Positions 1 through 11,289 of a stretch of 64,000 nucleotides of DNA are shown here, in pieces. Position 1 is the first letter of the stretch. The number at the start of each line of letters is the position of its first letter. Origin of the DNA: Fistulifera solaris (taxonomy: Eukaryota); NCBI GenBank assembly GCA_030295235.1, contig AP026124.1:2356001-2420000 (forward strand), read 5' to 3'. Made by a program: the position numbers and the translations under genes. The notes below the pieces were generated by a model. It was not told the DNA's origin. It ran no database searches and saw only the letters and a program-made list of their open reading frames with translations.

Positions 1-598
1 ATAAAATGTGTTGAGTCTTGGTGTCTCTATTTCTGTTCTACTTCGGCTTTTCTTCTCTGCGGCTTGCTGCACTTTTTGTTTAGCTTTAATGAATTAATAA
101 GTGATAAGTGATAACCAGTAGGGTAGAGGCCCTCTCCCCTCTCCCCCGAGAGCCTCTCCCTCTCAGACTTCAGACTGGAGATTGTCTATGGTCCATTGTG
201 TAGTCTTTGGTCTATCTTAGACTAACCATAAACGCTATGTGTTCTTAGATCAAGGACACCACGTGTCAGTCTATGCTCTACTGCCCGACGTCTTAAATCC
301 AAGACTAAACCAATAAGATACCTGTAAGAATTGAGCAATGGGTTGAAAGCGCGTGGCCAATTACCGCGAAAGTGATTACAGCATACAATGGAGAAGCAAC
401 ATCCATTTGCCGATTGGACTTCGGTGTGGACCAAGGTCACCACTCCGAACGTCACAAAAGCCGAAGCTATCTACTACGTAAAGGTTGGAACATCCCATTC
501 AGCACCCCAGCCCCACATTACCCCGCTCTCTTTTAACGTGTACGCGGAGCAGGGCTATTTGATTGATGAAGCGGCAACATTTTACCTGTAGCGCCTTA

Positions 599-1624
599 AT
601 GAATAGAAAAGAAAGCTCCAACGGGTCACCGTGTGAGGGTGGCTCTAACCCGTCCACCAGGATTGAAGATTCTGAGTCGCCAAAGAAGAGGAAAAGCGGT
701 GATGGAGACGGTCAAGGCAAGCTTAGGCCAAAACGCCCTTTGACGGGATACAACCGGTTTTTCAAGGAAGAAAGAGTCAGATGGATGGAGCAGCAATCAA
801 ATAGCGGAACGGAGGAGGTAAATTCGATGGAGAAGAAGCAGACCTTTCTGACCATGGGCAAGGAAATCAGTGCCAGGTGGGTTCGCCTCCCACGCGAGCA
901 GAAAGAAAAGTATGTTGCCGAGTACGACAAAGAAATGTTTCAGTATCGTATTGATGTTGAAAACCACAATAGGGAGAAGGAACGCACGACTGCTCATGAT
1001 TGTGTTGCTGAGAGAGAGATAGACGAATCGGATTTGAAGGAACGAAGAGCGCAAGGACAAACTTCGGTCGACTGCTCGGCACCAGGGTCAAGTTCTCAAG
1101 GATCGATCGCCACAAATGTACTCCTGCAACGGCAGATGCTGGCAAATAACATGGCTTCGCGATCGATATTTAACCTCAATTCTTCCGCCACAGAACGTGC
1201 ACTCAATCAACTTTACCAAGAATGTCAATTTGGACTGCTTTTACAGCAACGCCTACTCGAGCGGCAAGTGCAGCGCGAGTGCCATTTACTAGCGCTCATG
1301 TCGCTCATGGGGGGGGGGGGGGGGGGGGGAAGCAGTGCCGTTGATACACAAGCTCCAAATTCCACCCTTCCCAATTTCCCGGGGACTGTTTCGGCCTCTT
1401 CCTACGGTGTTTTGTTAAGTGAAAACGTGCAAGTGCCTCTGCCGGAATATGTGCTAGGAGACTTGGTCGGGACAAGCAATACATACGCTGCGCTACCACG
1501 GCCCTTCAGTAGCGTAGGGACTGGAAACATGTCAACACGCGGGTACGAGCAGTTACTGCTATCTTCGCTTCTTCAACAAAGAGCTCGACAACAGCACAAT
1601 CACCCATCTTCAAACAACTCTTAA
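599..1624 (+). CDS. HMG-box DNA-binding protein
   Basis: HMG-box motif PKRPLTGYNRFFKEER...MGKEISARWVRLPREQKEKY..EY; Gln/Leu-rich C-terminus; first ATG at 599 in ORF 563-1624. Confidence 0.85.
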   Translation: MNRKESSNGSPCEGGSNPSTRIEDSESPKKRKSGDGDGQGKLRPKRPLTGYNRFFKEERVRWMEQQSNSGTEEVNSMEKKQTFLTMGKEISARWVRLPREQKEKYVAEYDKEMFQYRIDVENHNREKERTTAHDCVAEREIDESDLKERRAQGQTSVDCSAPGSSSQGSIATNVLLQRQMLANNMASRSIFNLNSSATERALNQLYQECQFGLLLQQRLLERQVQRECHLLALMSLMGGGGGGGSSAVDTQAPNSTLPNFPGTVSASSYGVLLSENVQVPLPEYVLGDLVGTSNTYAALPRPFSSVGTGNMSTRGYEQLLLSSLLQQRARQQHNHPSSNNS

Positions 1625-1715
1625 ACCTAATAGGCGAAAGACGCTTCGCTTCTACTATCGGACGTTACTTAAATAGTCTGTGGAATAGCAAGCTGCTTGT
1701 CCATGCCTCAGTTTC

Positions 1716-2051
1716 TTACTTTTTTCTTGAAGTAGGACGATCTACTTCGCTCAATCTCCTTTTGGCTCGCGCCCCCGACTGCATTCCCAAAGAGGCTTCT
1801 TCGTCCATGACATTGCCCAGACTGCTAGTTAAGACACCAACACCCACCAAAAGTCCCAATCCTACTAAAACTGGCACGTATGGCGGAGGTAACTCAGCGA
1901 GTTCCACGGCGTCAGCGGCCAAAGCGGCTGGCGCCGTTGCGAATACGGCGGCAGTTGTCAATTGTGGCAGCACCGGCCGGAGGTCGCGCATAGGCGACGT
2001 GAGTCCCCAAGCGCTCGACAAAGTCATAAGCAGTAGCAACATTGTCCTCAT
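1716..2051 (-). CDS. small plastid/thylakoid-targeted single-TM protein of unknown function
   Basis: Signal peptide MRTMLLLLMTLSSAWGL, Ala-rich lumen-like transit segment (APAALA), TM VPVLVGLGLLVGVGVL; C-terminus may be frameshifted at an A-run. Confidence 0.65.
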   Translation of the reverse strand: MRTMLLLLMTLSSAWGLTSPMRDLRPVLPQLTTAAVFATAPAALAADAVELAELPPPYVPVLVGLGLLVGVGVLTSSLGNVMDEEASLGMQSGARAKRRLSEVDRPTSRKK

Positions 2052-2401
2052 GCTTGTTTTAAAAGAGGTGCGGTTTAAACAGACTATAATATCTTTGTGG
2101 TTTTATGCTTGCATTGTTGTGTCGTTAATTTTATTGTTAAAGTGCAAAACTGTAGTGCGTGTGGGTACTTGTACGGTACTTACAAATGTATAGCTGACCG
2201 ACCAGGGCCTCTTTAAGCTTCTTGTACCGTAGCGACACATAAGAAAAAAAAATTAGACACATGTCATCCCGGTTCAAAGAACTAGAGCGGAATCAAGTCT
2301 CTCGTTTCTCGGGTGCGAAGAATCAACGTTTCCATTTTCCATTAACAACAATAAATTTGAATCTGCCATGCTAGATGAACCCACGATCGCAACAAGTAAG
2401 T

Positions 2402-3610
2402 CTAAGACGCTGCACTACCTAACCGCGAAGGATCAGTGCTCGGGTAATGAGGTTTCGGCCCAGCGCCCTTAGCCGCTTGCTTCTGCTGCCGTGCCGCCAA
2501 AACCTCTGGAGGTAACTTGATTGTGGTTGTCAACGGTACTTTTCTTTTCTTATCGTTACTCTCTGTAGATCCGGGCGGAGGCGGAAGTACGACTTGGGCT
2601 TTCTTGGGTGCACTTGCGTCGCCTTGATTAGCAGCGGCGGCGGTGGAGGATTCGCCATGCTTGGGTGCGCGAGCCCAAGCAACGTACAAGCTTTTTCCTA
2701 ACAGCTCTTTTCGATGTGTCCGAGCAATGGCCAGCTGCGCAGCTTCCGGCTGCGTGTACTCGACAAAAGCTTGTCCTTTATCTGGTTGCGCCCGAACACT
2801 CACAATTTCCCCGTATGCATAATAGTAGTCACGAACGGCTTGTTCGGTGAGAGCTGGGAAAGGCGGTTCTCCCTGAAAGCGCACGTACACCGTTGCGCGC
2901 GCCTTATTGTAACCATCTTCTTCTTGCTGTTTCTCCTCTTCCTGTTCCATTTTGCGCTTCCGTCCCAAAATTTTGTTCGCCACTGGATCATGCGTTCCAA
3001 AAAATCGGTCCTTTGTGTTTTGTTTCGCCATCGGATCGTCTCGATCACGCGGAAACTCGTGACGAAAGGGACACGTCGCTCCCCGATTGCACTCTCCACG
3101 GGCATAGAAACTACACAGTTTAGGTAAGTTTCGCTCGTAGCGAGGTTCCATCTGAGCCATAGATTGTAGGGTTGCTTCGGCAACCGCATTCGGTTCCGCC
3201 ACCAAATTGATTCCCTGCTCTAACATTCGGTTCTGTTGCTGAGTATAATAAGCACGATTGGCTTGGCTTTGGGGAACTGCTGCAACACTGCTGGCGCTTC
3301 CGGATTCGCGAAGGATCTTGTCTCGAACTTGAACAGGAAGACCATACTTCAAATCATAGACACAGACCTGACAGACATTTTTAGCTTCCGCACAGCTTCG
3401 GCATATCTCAACTTTCTTTAAACGTCCTTTTGTTCCAGCTTGAAACGCAAACACAGTGAAAGGCGTCTCGCAGACACTGCACTTCTTCCCGAACGGTTGC
3501 TTTGTCATTCGAACGTAAGGATTGTCGCCTAAACATGTCTCACACACAAGGGGAAACTCGGTATCCTCCCACGATTGCTTCAAAGCATCTCTTTTAATGG
3601 GTGCCGACAT
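2402..3610 (-). CDS. RBM22: pre-mRNA splicing factor RBM22/Slt11/Ecm2
   Basis: WE..EFPLVCETCLGDNPYVRM, CQVCVYDLKYGLPVQVRD, CCCH finger CSFYARGECNRGATCPFRHE, RRM. Confidence 0.95.
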   Translation of the reverse strand: MSAPIKRDALKQSWEDTEFPLVCETCLGDNPYVRMTKQPFGKKCSVCETPFTVFAFQAGTKGRLKKVEICRSCAEAKNVCQVCVYDLKYGLPVQVRDKILRESGSASSVAAVPQSQANRAYYTQQQNRMLEQGINLVAEPNAVAEATLQSMAQMEPRYERNLPKLCSFYARGECNRGATCPFRHEFPRDRDDPMAKQNTKDRFFGTHDPVANKILGRKRKMEQEEEKQQEEDGYNKARATVYVRFQGEPPFPALTEQAVRDYYYAYGEIVSVRAQPDKGQAFVEYTQPEAAQLAIARTHRKELLGKSLYVAWARAPKHGESSTAAAANQGDASAPKKAQVVLPPPPGSTESNDKKRKVPLTTTIKLPPEVLAARQQKQAAKGAGPKPHYPSTDPSRLGSAAS

Positions 3611-4082
3611 TTGGATTTAACCGGAGACGGATAGAGGATGAAAAAACGATCCGCAGCAGCACAATGAATCAGTCAAAATGGTTTCTTCGGAAAAAATGCC
3701 GCAACGTATTTAAATGTTTTAATAAAACCGCAGGTTGGTGTTAAATCTCAGTTTGTTATGGTTTTTCTTGTAGATGTGTGTATTTGTTTGCCGCTTGCAA
3801 TGGGATCAATAATACGGGCAATTGTCGCGTACCTGGTATGGCAGCGCGATGGAGGCTGCGCGTGGGCGGCGAACAGCAGGTGTGCGAAGGACAGACATAA
3901 GTGATTTAATGTAGTCACGAACTGTGCATGAGTCGTCGTTGTTTGTATCATCCAAGTGCTTGGCTCATCAAAACAACGATAATAACGAAGTAGTTCAATA
4001 AAAGGCGAATAATTATTCGATCATGCAGTCGTCGACCGAAATTATTTGTCTGAGCTTGTAAACCGTCGCAAAATGGACGCTG

Positions 4083-5031
4083 CTACGGGAAAGCGTCTAG
4101 AAACTCTGGGCCGTTGAACGTGAAACCGGCGTCAAGCAATTGCTGCAGTTGACCAGCTGTGATAATACCCGATTGCAACACCAAGTTATTGACACGACTG
4201 TCTGAAGGCCGAGATGGTCGCACGTCCGTCCAGGGATCGGGAAATACAACATCCGCTGGTTTGACATTCCCGAAATGATTACTTCGTGTGCGACTCACGG
4301 CACGGCGTTCCCATGGTTCCATTGGCTGAACCCGGGCAGATGATCGACGTGAAGCGGTACGACCCGTGGAGGGAGAAACTTTTGTCGACGTGCGTCTGGG
4401 AGTGGCGCCCCGCGGAGTTTGGATTTCCTTGGCAACTCTTGGCTTACGAGGCGGGGACAAGCTCGTTTCTTGACCGCCCTGGCTCCCCGATGACTTTTTT
4501 TGATCGTGGGGTGGTAGGAGGATCTTGCAGCGTACGTGATGTACGGGTTGATTGCTCCCCGGACCCATCGCGAGATGTGGAACTTCGTCGACGCGAAACG
4601 GACCCCGAGCGTTTTTGACTGTTTTGTCGGATGCTTGCTCTACGAGCCATGTTCTCATAATTTTCCAGATTCAAGCCGTCAGGAGAAGACTGATGAAAGC
4701 GTTCCAGCGTACGGTTAATTTGTGATCTGCTTTCGCTACTAACACTTTTTGGAGAGCTCTTTTTCTCGGGCCGTTCGTTCTTGTTTAGGTTGCGTATCAC
4801 TTTTTCCAATTCAAGAGCATTTAACGAACGATGGTGATCCATTTGGTCGGCTGCTCCCTTTCGTATTTTAACTTTGACGCGGAATTGCTGTTTCCCGGAC
4901 GAAGCTTCCTCGTCACTGGAGGGTGCAGTCGTTTCCGTGCGCAAGGAGAGCGTGCCTTCTCGCAATTTCGGGGAGGACTCTTGCGCTATCCTTGTAAGAC
5001 TATTTGATGCGGATTTCGGTCGAGCTGTCAT
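4083..5031 (-). CDS. Ser/Arg-rich disordered protein with C-terminal GIITxxQL motif (copy A)
   Basis: ORFs 4444-5031 and 4083-4658 join through a frameshift at the A-run near 4494-4501; ends LVLQSGIITAGQLQQLLDAGFTF. Confidence 0.6.
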
Positions 5032-5642
5032 GCTTGAATGGATTGTTTGATTACTACGTATCGTCTAACTTTCTTTGATGCAAGAGCGGTTGCTTTCATT
5101 GCCTCGCTATCTTGTTGTCAGTCTTGGGTGCGGTGTATTATGTGAGTGGCAATGACTTGCCAATTGCCGGTTTTCCGGTTTTCCTGGTAAAAATGACCTC
5201 GGATGTCAGATGTCACGTAGACATCATTATTTAAAATGTAGCGATGACCGAAACCGCAGAGGGAGAAAAAAAGATGTTTTAGAGGTAGTTGTTAGTTGTG
5301 TAATCGACGCAAAGCCCATTCAACATTCAAGCTCTTTGAGATCTCTTTGGTCCTATGTCCTATTTGCATTGACAAGGCGCCATAGTTTTTTCGATGCTAT
5401 ACTTTACTATTACTGCATACTCTTCCTGGACCCAGGAACGACAAATGACTTCGTGACTCACAATCTCAAGACTGACCATTTTCTACCTGGTAATAACTAA
5501 TACTCCGTAACTCCTTTTTCCTTTTTCGCTGTGACTTGATGGCAAAAACAGAAGCCGACATTATAGACACCATTGTGTTATTATTAGTCTACCGATCATA
5601 GCAAATAAGCCACCAACAACGACACACAAACGACTTCGCGCA

Positions 5643-6760
5643 ATGGGCAAGCAGCTAGATTCTTCAGCGACAACTGCGAATTTGTCAGAGAAGTGACCGC
5701 CGAGTGAAGACTCGTACACCAATGGCACGCAACAAAACAGCAGGGGGGCGCCAATCAATTCGCTCGAAATATCTCTTTTGGAATTGGCAATGCCTTCTCC
5801 TTCTTCTGACAACATAACAGAAGAAGAATGCAACCAAAAGCGAGTTCGAAATTGGGACGATGTTGATCCGTTTCTCGAGGAAGACGTCATGCAGGCGACA
5901 GCAGCAGCGACTTGAGAAAGTCAGTTCTGCGACAGAACAGCGGTTTCAGACACCAAGAGCTCGAAGTTTCCAATGAGCGGGCGCGATGACGACGATCCAC
6001 AAGCCGTCATAGACCACTTAGTCGTCACAGCAGTAACCAGAGTTTGAATCAGTCAATAAAAATGCGTGATGACGATGACGAAGGGCCTAAATTACTCCAT
6101 CGATCCTTTCGCAGCATTTGCAGTCAAAGAAGCACGCGCCGCTCTGTGTCACGTCGTTTGGGGACACTTAACACCGTGTCATGCACGAGTAGAACACCAA
6201 CTCTGAGCGGTCAGCGTCATTGTAACGGCTTGCCTCGATCCAGAAGTTTATTGGGGTCTGAAATAAGGTCGGGCCAACGGAATGCGACTTGGGATGACAA
6301 CGACAATGAATCCTTGCCGAGTAAAAGTAATGGAAGTTTGGCCGATTTCTTGCGTCAACAAAATGCTGCCATACACTACAATAATCAGAAGAACAAAAGC
6401 AAACGGCTTCCCAGCACATTGTCCAGTATGACATCCCGATCTACACAGGATCCTCCTGCGCATAGCAACAGTCAATCCGCCGATGTTCCTCAACCGAAAA
6501 GTGAACGCTCCGATTCAATTGCTGATTTGCGACAGTCGTTGACGGAAGAGTATGTGGCTCATTCGTGTCGCCCCAACTTGCAGAAGGCATCCTCAAAGAA
6601 GAGACTCATTCATAGCAGTGTGATGGACTTCTTTCCCTTGGACACTTCTTGCGTGCAAACACAAGAGAAAATACATTAGCACGTGGTACAAATGGGCCTC
6701 GGTACCAAAGAGCAACTCCATAAAATTGTCAATGCTGAGTTTCATTTTGCTGTCATGTCA
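5643..6760 (+). pseudogene. decayed Ser/Arg-rich family member (copy B)
   Basis: ATG 5643 (MGKQLDSS) frame interrupted by TGA near 5694 and 5912; ORF 6044-6679 ends in TAG directly followed in frame by HVVQMGLGTKEQLHKIVNAEFHF, the family motif. Confidence 0.5.
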
Positions 6761-7295
6761 ATGTCATGCCATCGAGCGGGTGATAAAGTATTATGCACTA
6801 AGTTTCCTGACGACAGCATTATGGATGATTCGGAAAGCCAAGAAAAAACGACTGCTTTCTCGAGTGGTTCACATGGGCTCTCATCTCTCATTCGCATCGT
6901 CAAACGAGAGAGAACGAAAGCGACAAACGAAGCTTGTGGAAGGTATTTTAGGTTTGCGTGACCTATGACTGGCGTAGTATTTTGCTTTTTGCTTTGTCCT
7001 TTTGTGATTTGTGACCGTTGACCTTAAATCCTTTTTCAGAGAGGCATAGTCGACTATCGCCCTTATTGTACTTCTAACAAGACCTTACAAGCTTTCACCT
7101 GGTTCGCTTCAAGTTCGAGCTGTAGAGATTGGAGAGAGAATGAAGAATACTGTGTTATTCCGTGGCGAAGCCGTAGTCCTGCTTTTGCCAAAAGCGATCA
7201 CGTTCTTTTTGTTATCCCATGCACCCCGCCCTGTTAAATGAATCATCGCCATCATTACATGCAAACATTTAATCGCAAAAGTATCTAAACAAACA

Positions 7296-8192
7296 ATGAG
7301 CCTCGCGTCAGAAAAAGAGACTTGCAGCACGGATAGCACGTTAGAAAGCAGCGGGTCCGAAGGAGATCATCACCCTAAAATCGTTCAGGCTTCCAAAAAG
7401 AAACTTGTCAAAGTCAAAGCGAGCACCACCTCACTCAGCGCTGAACAAGTTCAGAAGGCCTTGCGCAAAAGGCCAGAGGATGGTCATGCTTCTTCCAGCA
7501 GTTTAAGTACTTGTTTGCGGAAAATGCATTCCTCTTCTCAACCGACATTACAGGACTCTCGTTCCGTGTTTAGCAGAAGATCTACGCGATCCTCGAGTAC
7601 GGGTCGTCCCCGACAACACATGAACGGAACGCAGGAAAGTTGTCGGCGGGCTGTGGATCGCTGTCGTAGCAAAAGTCCAGGAAACCTTCGTCGCAGTCGG
7701 TCCGTTTCGAGACACCGAAGAAAGCAACAACCTGAAGACGATGAGAAAAGTTACGAATCATCCGCCCGTCATTTTAAGCGTGATGATTCTTCGTGTCCCG
7801 AACCGCAAATATCACGGAAGAAAGATGACATGGCGAGTGCAACTGTTGCTTCACAGCGGCGCAGTTCCAATTGCACTTCTGCGTCCAAATCTTTCCAACG
7901 AGGAATTTTGCGGTCCAAGAGCCAAGACCTTTCACCAGCCCCAAAGCGGGGCATTTTACAAGCTAATAGTACGGTCATTGGTCTAAGAAAGGTTCCAGAA
8001 AGGCAATCGAATGGAAATAATGGTGTCGATAACTGCCTTAAGAATACTGCTGCGAGCGACGAATCAAGTAATGTCAACACCAACACTGCAAAGAAAGATA
8101 CTGTCACGGAAATGGTAATGAAAACAGGGATTATCACTCAAAATCAGTTGGACGGGCTGATTGCGTCCGGATTTCTTTTCATTAAGGTATAG
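7296..8192 (+). CDS. Ser/Arg-rich disordered protein with C-terminal GIITxxQL motif (copy C)
   Basis: Intact 298 aa ORF with aaacaATG context; ends MVMKTGIITQNQLDGLIASGFLFIKV. Confidence 0.7.
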   Translation: MSLASEKETCSTDSTLESSGSEGDHHPKIVQASKKKLVKVKASTTSLSAEQVQKALRKRPEDGHASSSSLSTCLRKMHSSSQPTLQDSRSVFSRRSTRSSSTGRPRQHMNGTQESCRRAVDRCRSKSPGNLRRSRSVSRHRRKQQPEDDEKSYESSARHFKRDDSSCPEPQISRKKDDMASATVASQRRSSNCTSASKSFQRGILRSKSQDLSPAPKRGILQANSTVIGLRKVPERQSNGNNGVDNCLKNTAASDESSNVNTNTAKKDTVTEMVMKTGIITQNQLDGLIASGFLFIKV

Positions 8193-8988
8193 AGCAAGTG
8201 GGCGATTAAAATGAGTGACAACAAGTGAGATGCGGACAAGATCCATCTTGTTTGAGATATGTTATCTAACTGGACGGGAAGCAAGTCGCACACTCCTCTC
8301 AAGTTCGCACTTCAATCATCGAACCGTCTTTTTCATTATCTGCGTCTTGAGGATCCGTGACAGAACATCTCGTGACCAAAGAAACGATGGTCGCGGGTCT
8401 CAATCTCGGGTCATGGTCATGATGAGTGGATTGTGTGCTGCGTCTTGTCTTGTCTTGGCTACTACGTATAATCTACAAACTACCAGTACCAGTACAGTAC
8501 CCAACTTATGAATAATCATGCCAAGTTGTAACTTCTACTTTATTCGCATTCGCATGACCCGCACTCTGTCTTCGAGTTTGATTTTTTTGTGATTTTGCGA
8601 CAGGCACGACGAGATTCTCGTTTCATTTATTTTTTTACTTTTCATCATCCAGCATCCCACCCGTTTCCTGACGATAATCTGAACCAGAGTTACGGCGTGA
8701 TTCGTGATTATTAGTCTGAAATTAGAAGAAGGAGCTCTAAGTGTGTGTCATGTCGCAACAGGAACTCTAGTAGGACAACGACCAACGACTGAAACTACTG
8801 GCATGTGACTGTTACTGATAAACTGATGACAAGTGATGTACATTGGAGACGAGAGAACATTTTTAGCGAAAAGAGTCATTCCCTTCTCGCAAGTCCATAG
8901 GGCGGAAAAGTTTCCCCGCGAAAGCGAATGCGATGATTGAATTTGTAATTTTTCCTCATTTAAACCGCAAACTATTCTCCAGTTGACA

Positions 8989-9519
8989 ATGATGAAAGGA
9001 ATAATTGGTTTTTCTGCGCTACTATTTGTTAAAAGTAAGATCAAGAAACCCTTTAGTTTGTGAAACATAACGCTTTAGCCTTATCTCATTTTTGTGCTGT
9101 CTTATTTTGGAATAGACGTGCAGGGCTTCTCTGACATTTTCCCCAGGAGCCTGCAGCTCTGTGGTGGTGGTGGGGAAGATGACGGCGGAACAACCCCGCC
9201 TAGGAATTGCAGTAGTCTTATAGGACAAGGTCAATGTCAGAGTGCAGCAGATAAAACGTATGATTGGTGTAAAAACACGGTAGCGGATGCCCCAGAATGT
9301 CGCAAGGCAGCTGAAGACAATGCGTTTGCTGTTGGATGGGAATATTACGCCGAATCAAGAACGTGTTATATATTGTTTGACGACACTTTGAGTGAGAACG
9401 AGGTGCTACGGTTTTGCCCTAGTGGATACGCTACGAGCAATAGTGGTTATACCGGAACCGGATACCCTTCGAAGGTCGGGATAGACAGCCGATATGTCTG
9501 CTACAGTTGCCAGGATTGA
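8989..9519 (+). CDS. small secreted cysteine-rich protein
   Basis: Signal peptide MMKGIIGFSALLFVK|NVQG across a phase-compatible GT-AG intron 9035-9115; RSLQ motif; Cys-rich mature domain. Confidence 0.7.
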
Positions 9520-9766
9520 AATCTTGTCCTGATCTTAGGAATAATTTATGTATAACTTTTTATGATTAGCACCGTTCTAGCAGCATTGATGAGAGTGTCG
9601 ACGACTCGTGGGACTCGGCACAGAATTACTGTTTGAAGAAACCACACGGTATCCCTCCATTACGACTTGTGGAAACGTCTAGAGAATCTACATTAAGAAC
9701 AAATGACCAGCGTTTCTACAACACAAATTAAAGTCAATTTTCGACCCTTGATTCGCTCCTTGGGTT

Positions 9767-10853
9767 TCACCAATTGAATCCATGATGATTTGAAAATGTC
9801 TGCAGCGACACGGGCAAGTGACCGATATCCCCCAAGAACCGACAACTAACGCTACCCGTCGGTCGGATGGTCAGATATGTTAAGCTGCAGTTAAAAGGAC
9901 AGAACCGCAACCATGTTTCTGGAGGCAACTGCAGGGCTCGACAAAGGAAATAGCGAATGACGTTGGCGTGGCAAACAATGATTTCAAATTCATGTTGTGG
10001 AGCATCTTCTTCGGGAAGTTCGGATTGTCGGTAAAAGTATTTGGTAAAAGCCTGTTCGATCCGTGGATGATTCTGATCGGTCACTTGAATGACTTTGTCA
10101 GTGGCAGGTCCTCCGGAGGGAATGTGATGACACGGCCGACCTTCGTTTAAATCGGGGTCAGGTTCCAAGTACGGGACGCGTTGTATGTATTTCGCAATAA
10201 TGTCGGCTGTTTCTTTCGCGCGTGTCATATTGGAGACACGCAAGGAAGAAATATAGCACGTCATGGAAGGATCTTGTGCTTGTAGCATATCGGCCAAACG
10301 TTGGCCCGTCAATTCGGCTTGTTCCCTTCCGAGAGGCGTCAAGACACGTTTCTCGTCATCCTGCGGAGCGGTAACGACACAGAATCCATACACGTGTGAG
10401 GTTGCCAACAATTCTTCGGCATCGTGACATTGGATAAACAAGTGCAGGACTTACCCGGTACGATTCATCATACTGCCCATGACGAACCAAAATAATGTGT
10501 CGCGTGACACCTCTGACACGTAAATTTCTCTTTTCTTCGGAAGATAAATCATCGTTATGTTTGTGATCCCAGTCCGGATCCCACAAAGGATATTCCAATT
10601 TGGGTCGCCACAATTGCCGTTTCGGAAACATTCCGTGATACCATTCTTCGTGTACTTTACTTTTATAAGACGAAGTCGTCGCCGGCGATTCCTTGCCTTC
10701 TTGAAACCCTGCTATGGGAGGTATATCCTGATCGGTCGCACCACAAAACGTTGTTGTACAATTTTGATAGTATTGTTGAACACCAAGCGCCGATGCTGCC
10801 GAAACAGATAAAGTACGACGACCGTGTTGCACGAATCTCCAAGCATTGTGCAT
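9767..10853 (-). CDS. PGAM5: mitochondrial Ser/Thr phosphatase PGAM5 (histidine phosphatase family)
   Basis: WDPDWD motif, IILVRHGQY, LTPLGREQAELTGQRL, IIVCHANVIRYFLCRALQLP, GDIGHLP; intron 10361-10454. Confidence 0.95.
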
Positions 10854-11289
10854 TGTCGAAAATTAAAATGTACTATTCAAGAGAATCAAAATTGAAGACT
10901 TTCGCAAACAGATATTGTATATCTCCCAGTGCTTTGAATGAATAAAATAAAGACATGGTCAAAGCGATGCGATCGAGAGCCGTTCAGCAATAAAACAGCA
11001 AAACACGGATCCATTGTTTTGCAATAGGTCATTTTCAACTGAGTAGTCACAGTCACGGGTCACGGATCCTGCCTCCTGCCTAGCCCTAGCCCTAGCCTGC
11101 CTCGCCTGCCTCGTCAAAGACGCTCGGTCTGTCCGCGCTCCATGCGTCTGCCCCTCGCTCGATGAGTCGTCTCGCGCTCTCACAACTCACAACTCATGCA
11201 GCACAAAATCCATCGTTCGGTTCTTTCCTTCACAATCATTCACTACTCCTCGACTTCCGTGTTTTTAAAAATCTTATTGAACATCAACA

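Noticed and set aside
100..260. Low-complexity CT-rich tract and short agac/gtct palindromes at the window start
   Set aside because: No partner end or coding remnant within the window; a transposon terminus cannot be supported.
5643..6044. In-frame TGA codons as selenocysteine or an alternative genetic code
   Set aside because: TGA terminates normal genes here (DBP5, TOM70, PGAM5), there is no redox motif or SECIS evidence, and a TAG is also present.
11078..11113. cctagccctagccctagcc, telomere-like repeat
   Set aside because: Only about three CCCTAG units (not CCCTAA), in a divergent promoter; treated as a microsatellite.
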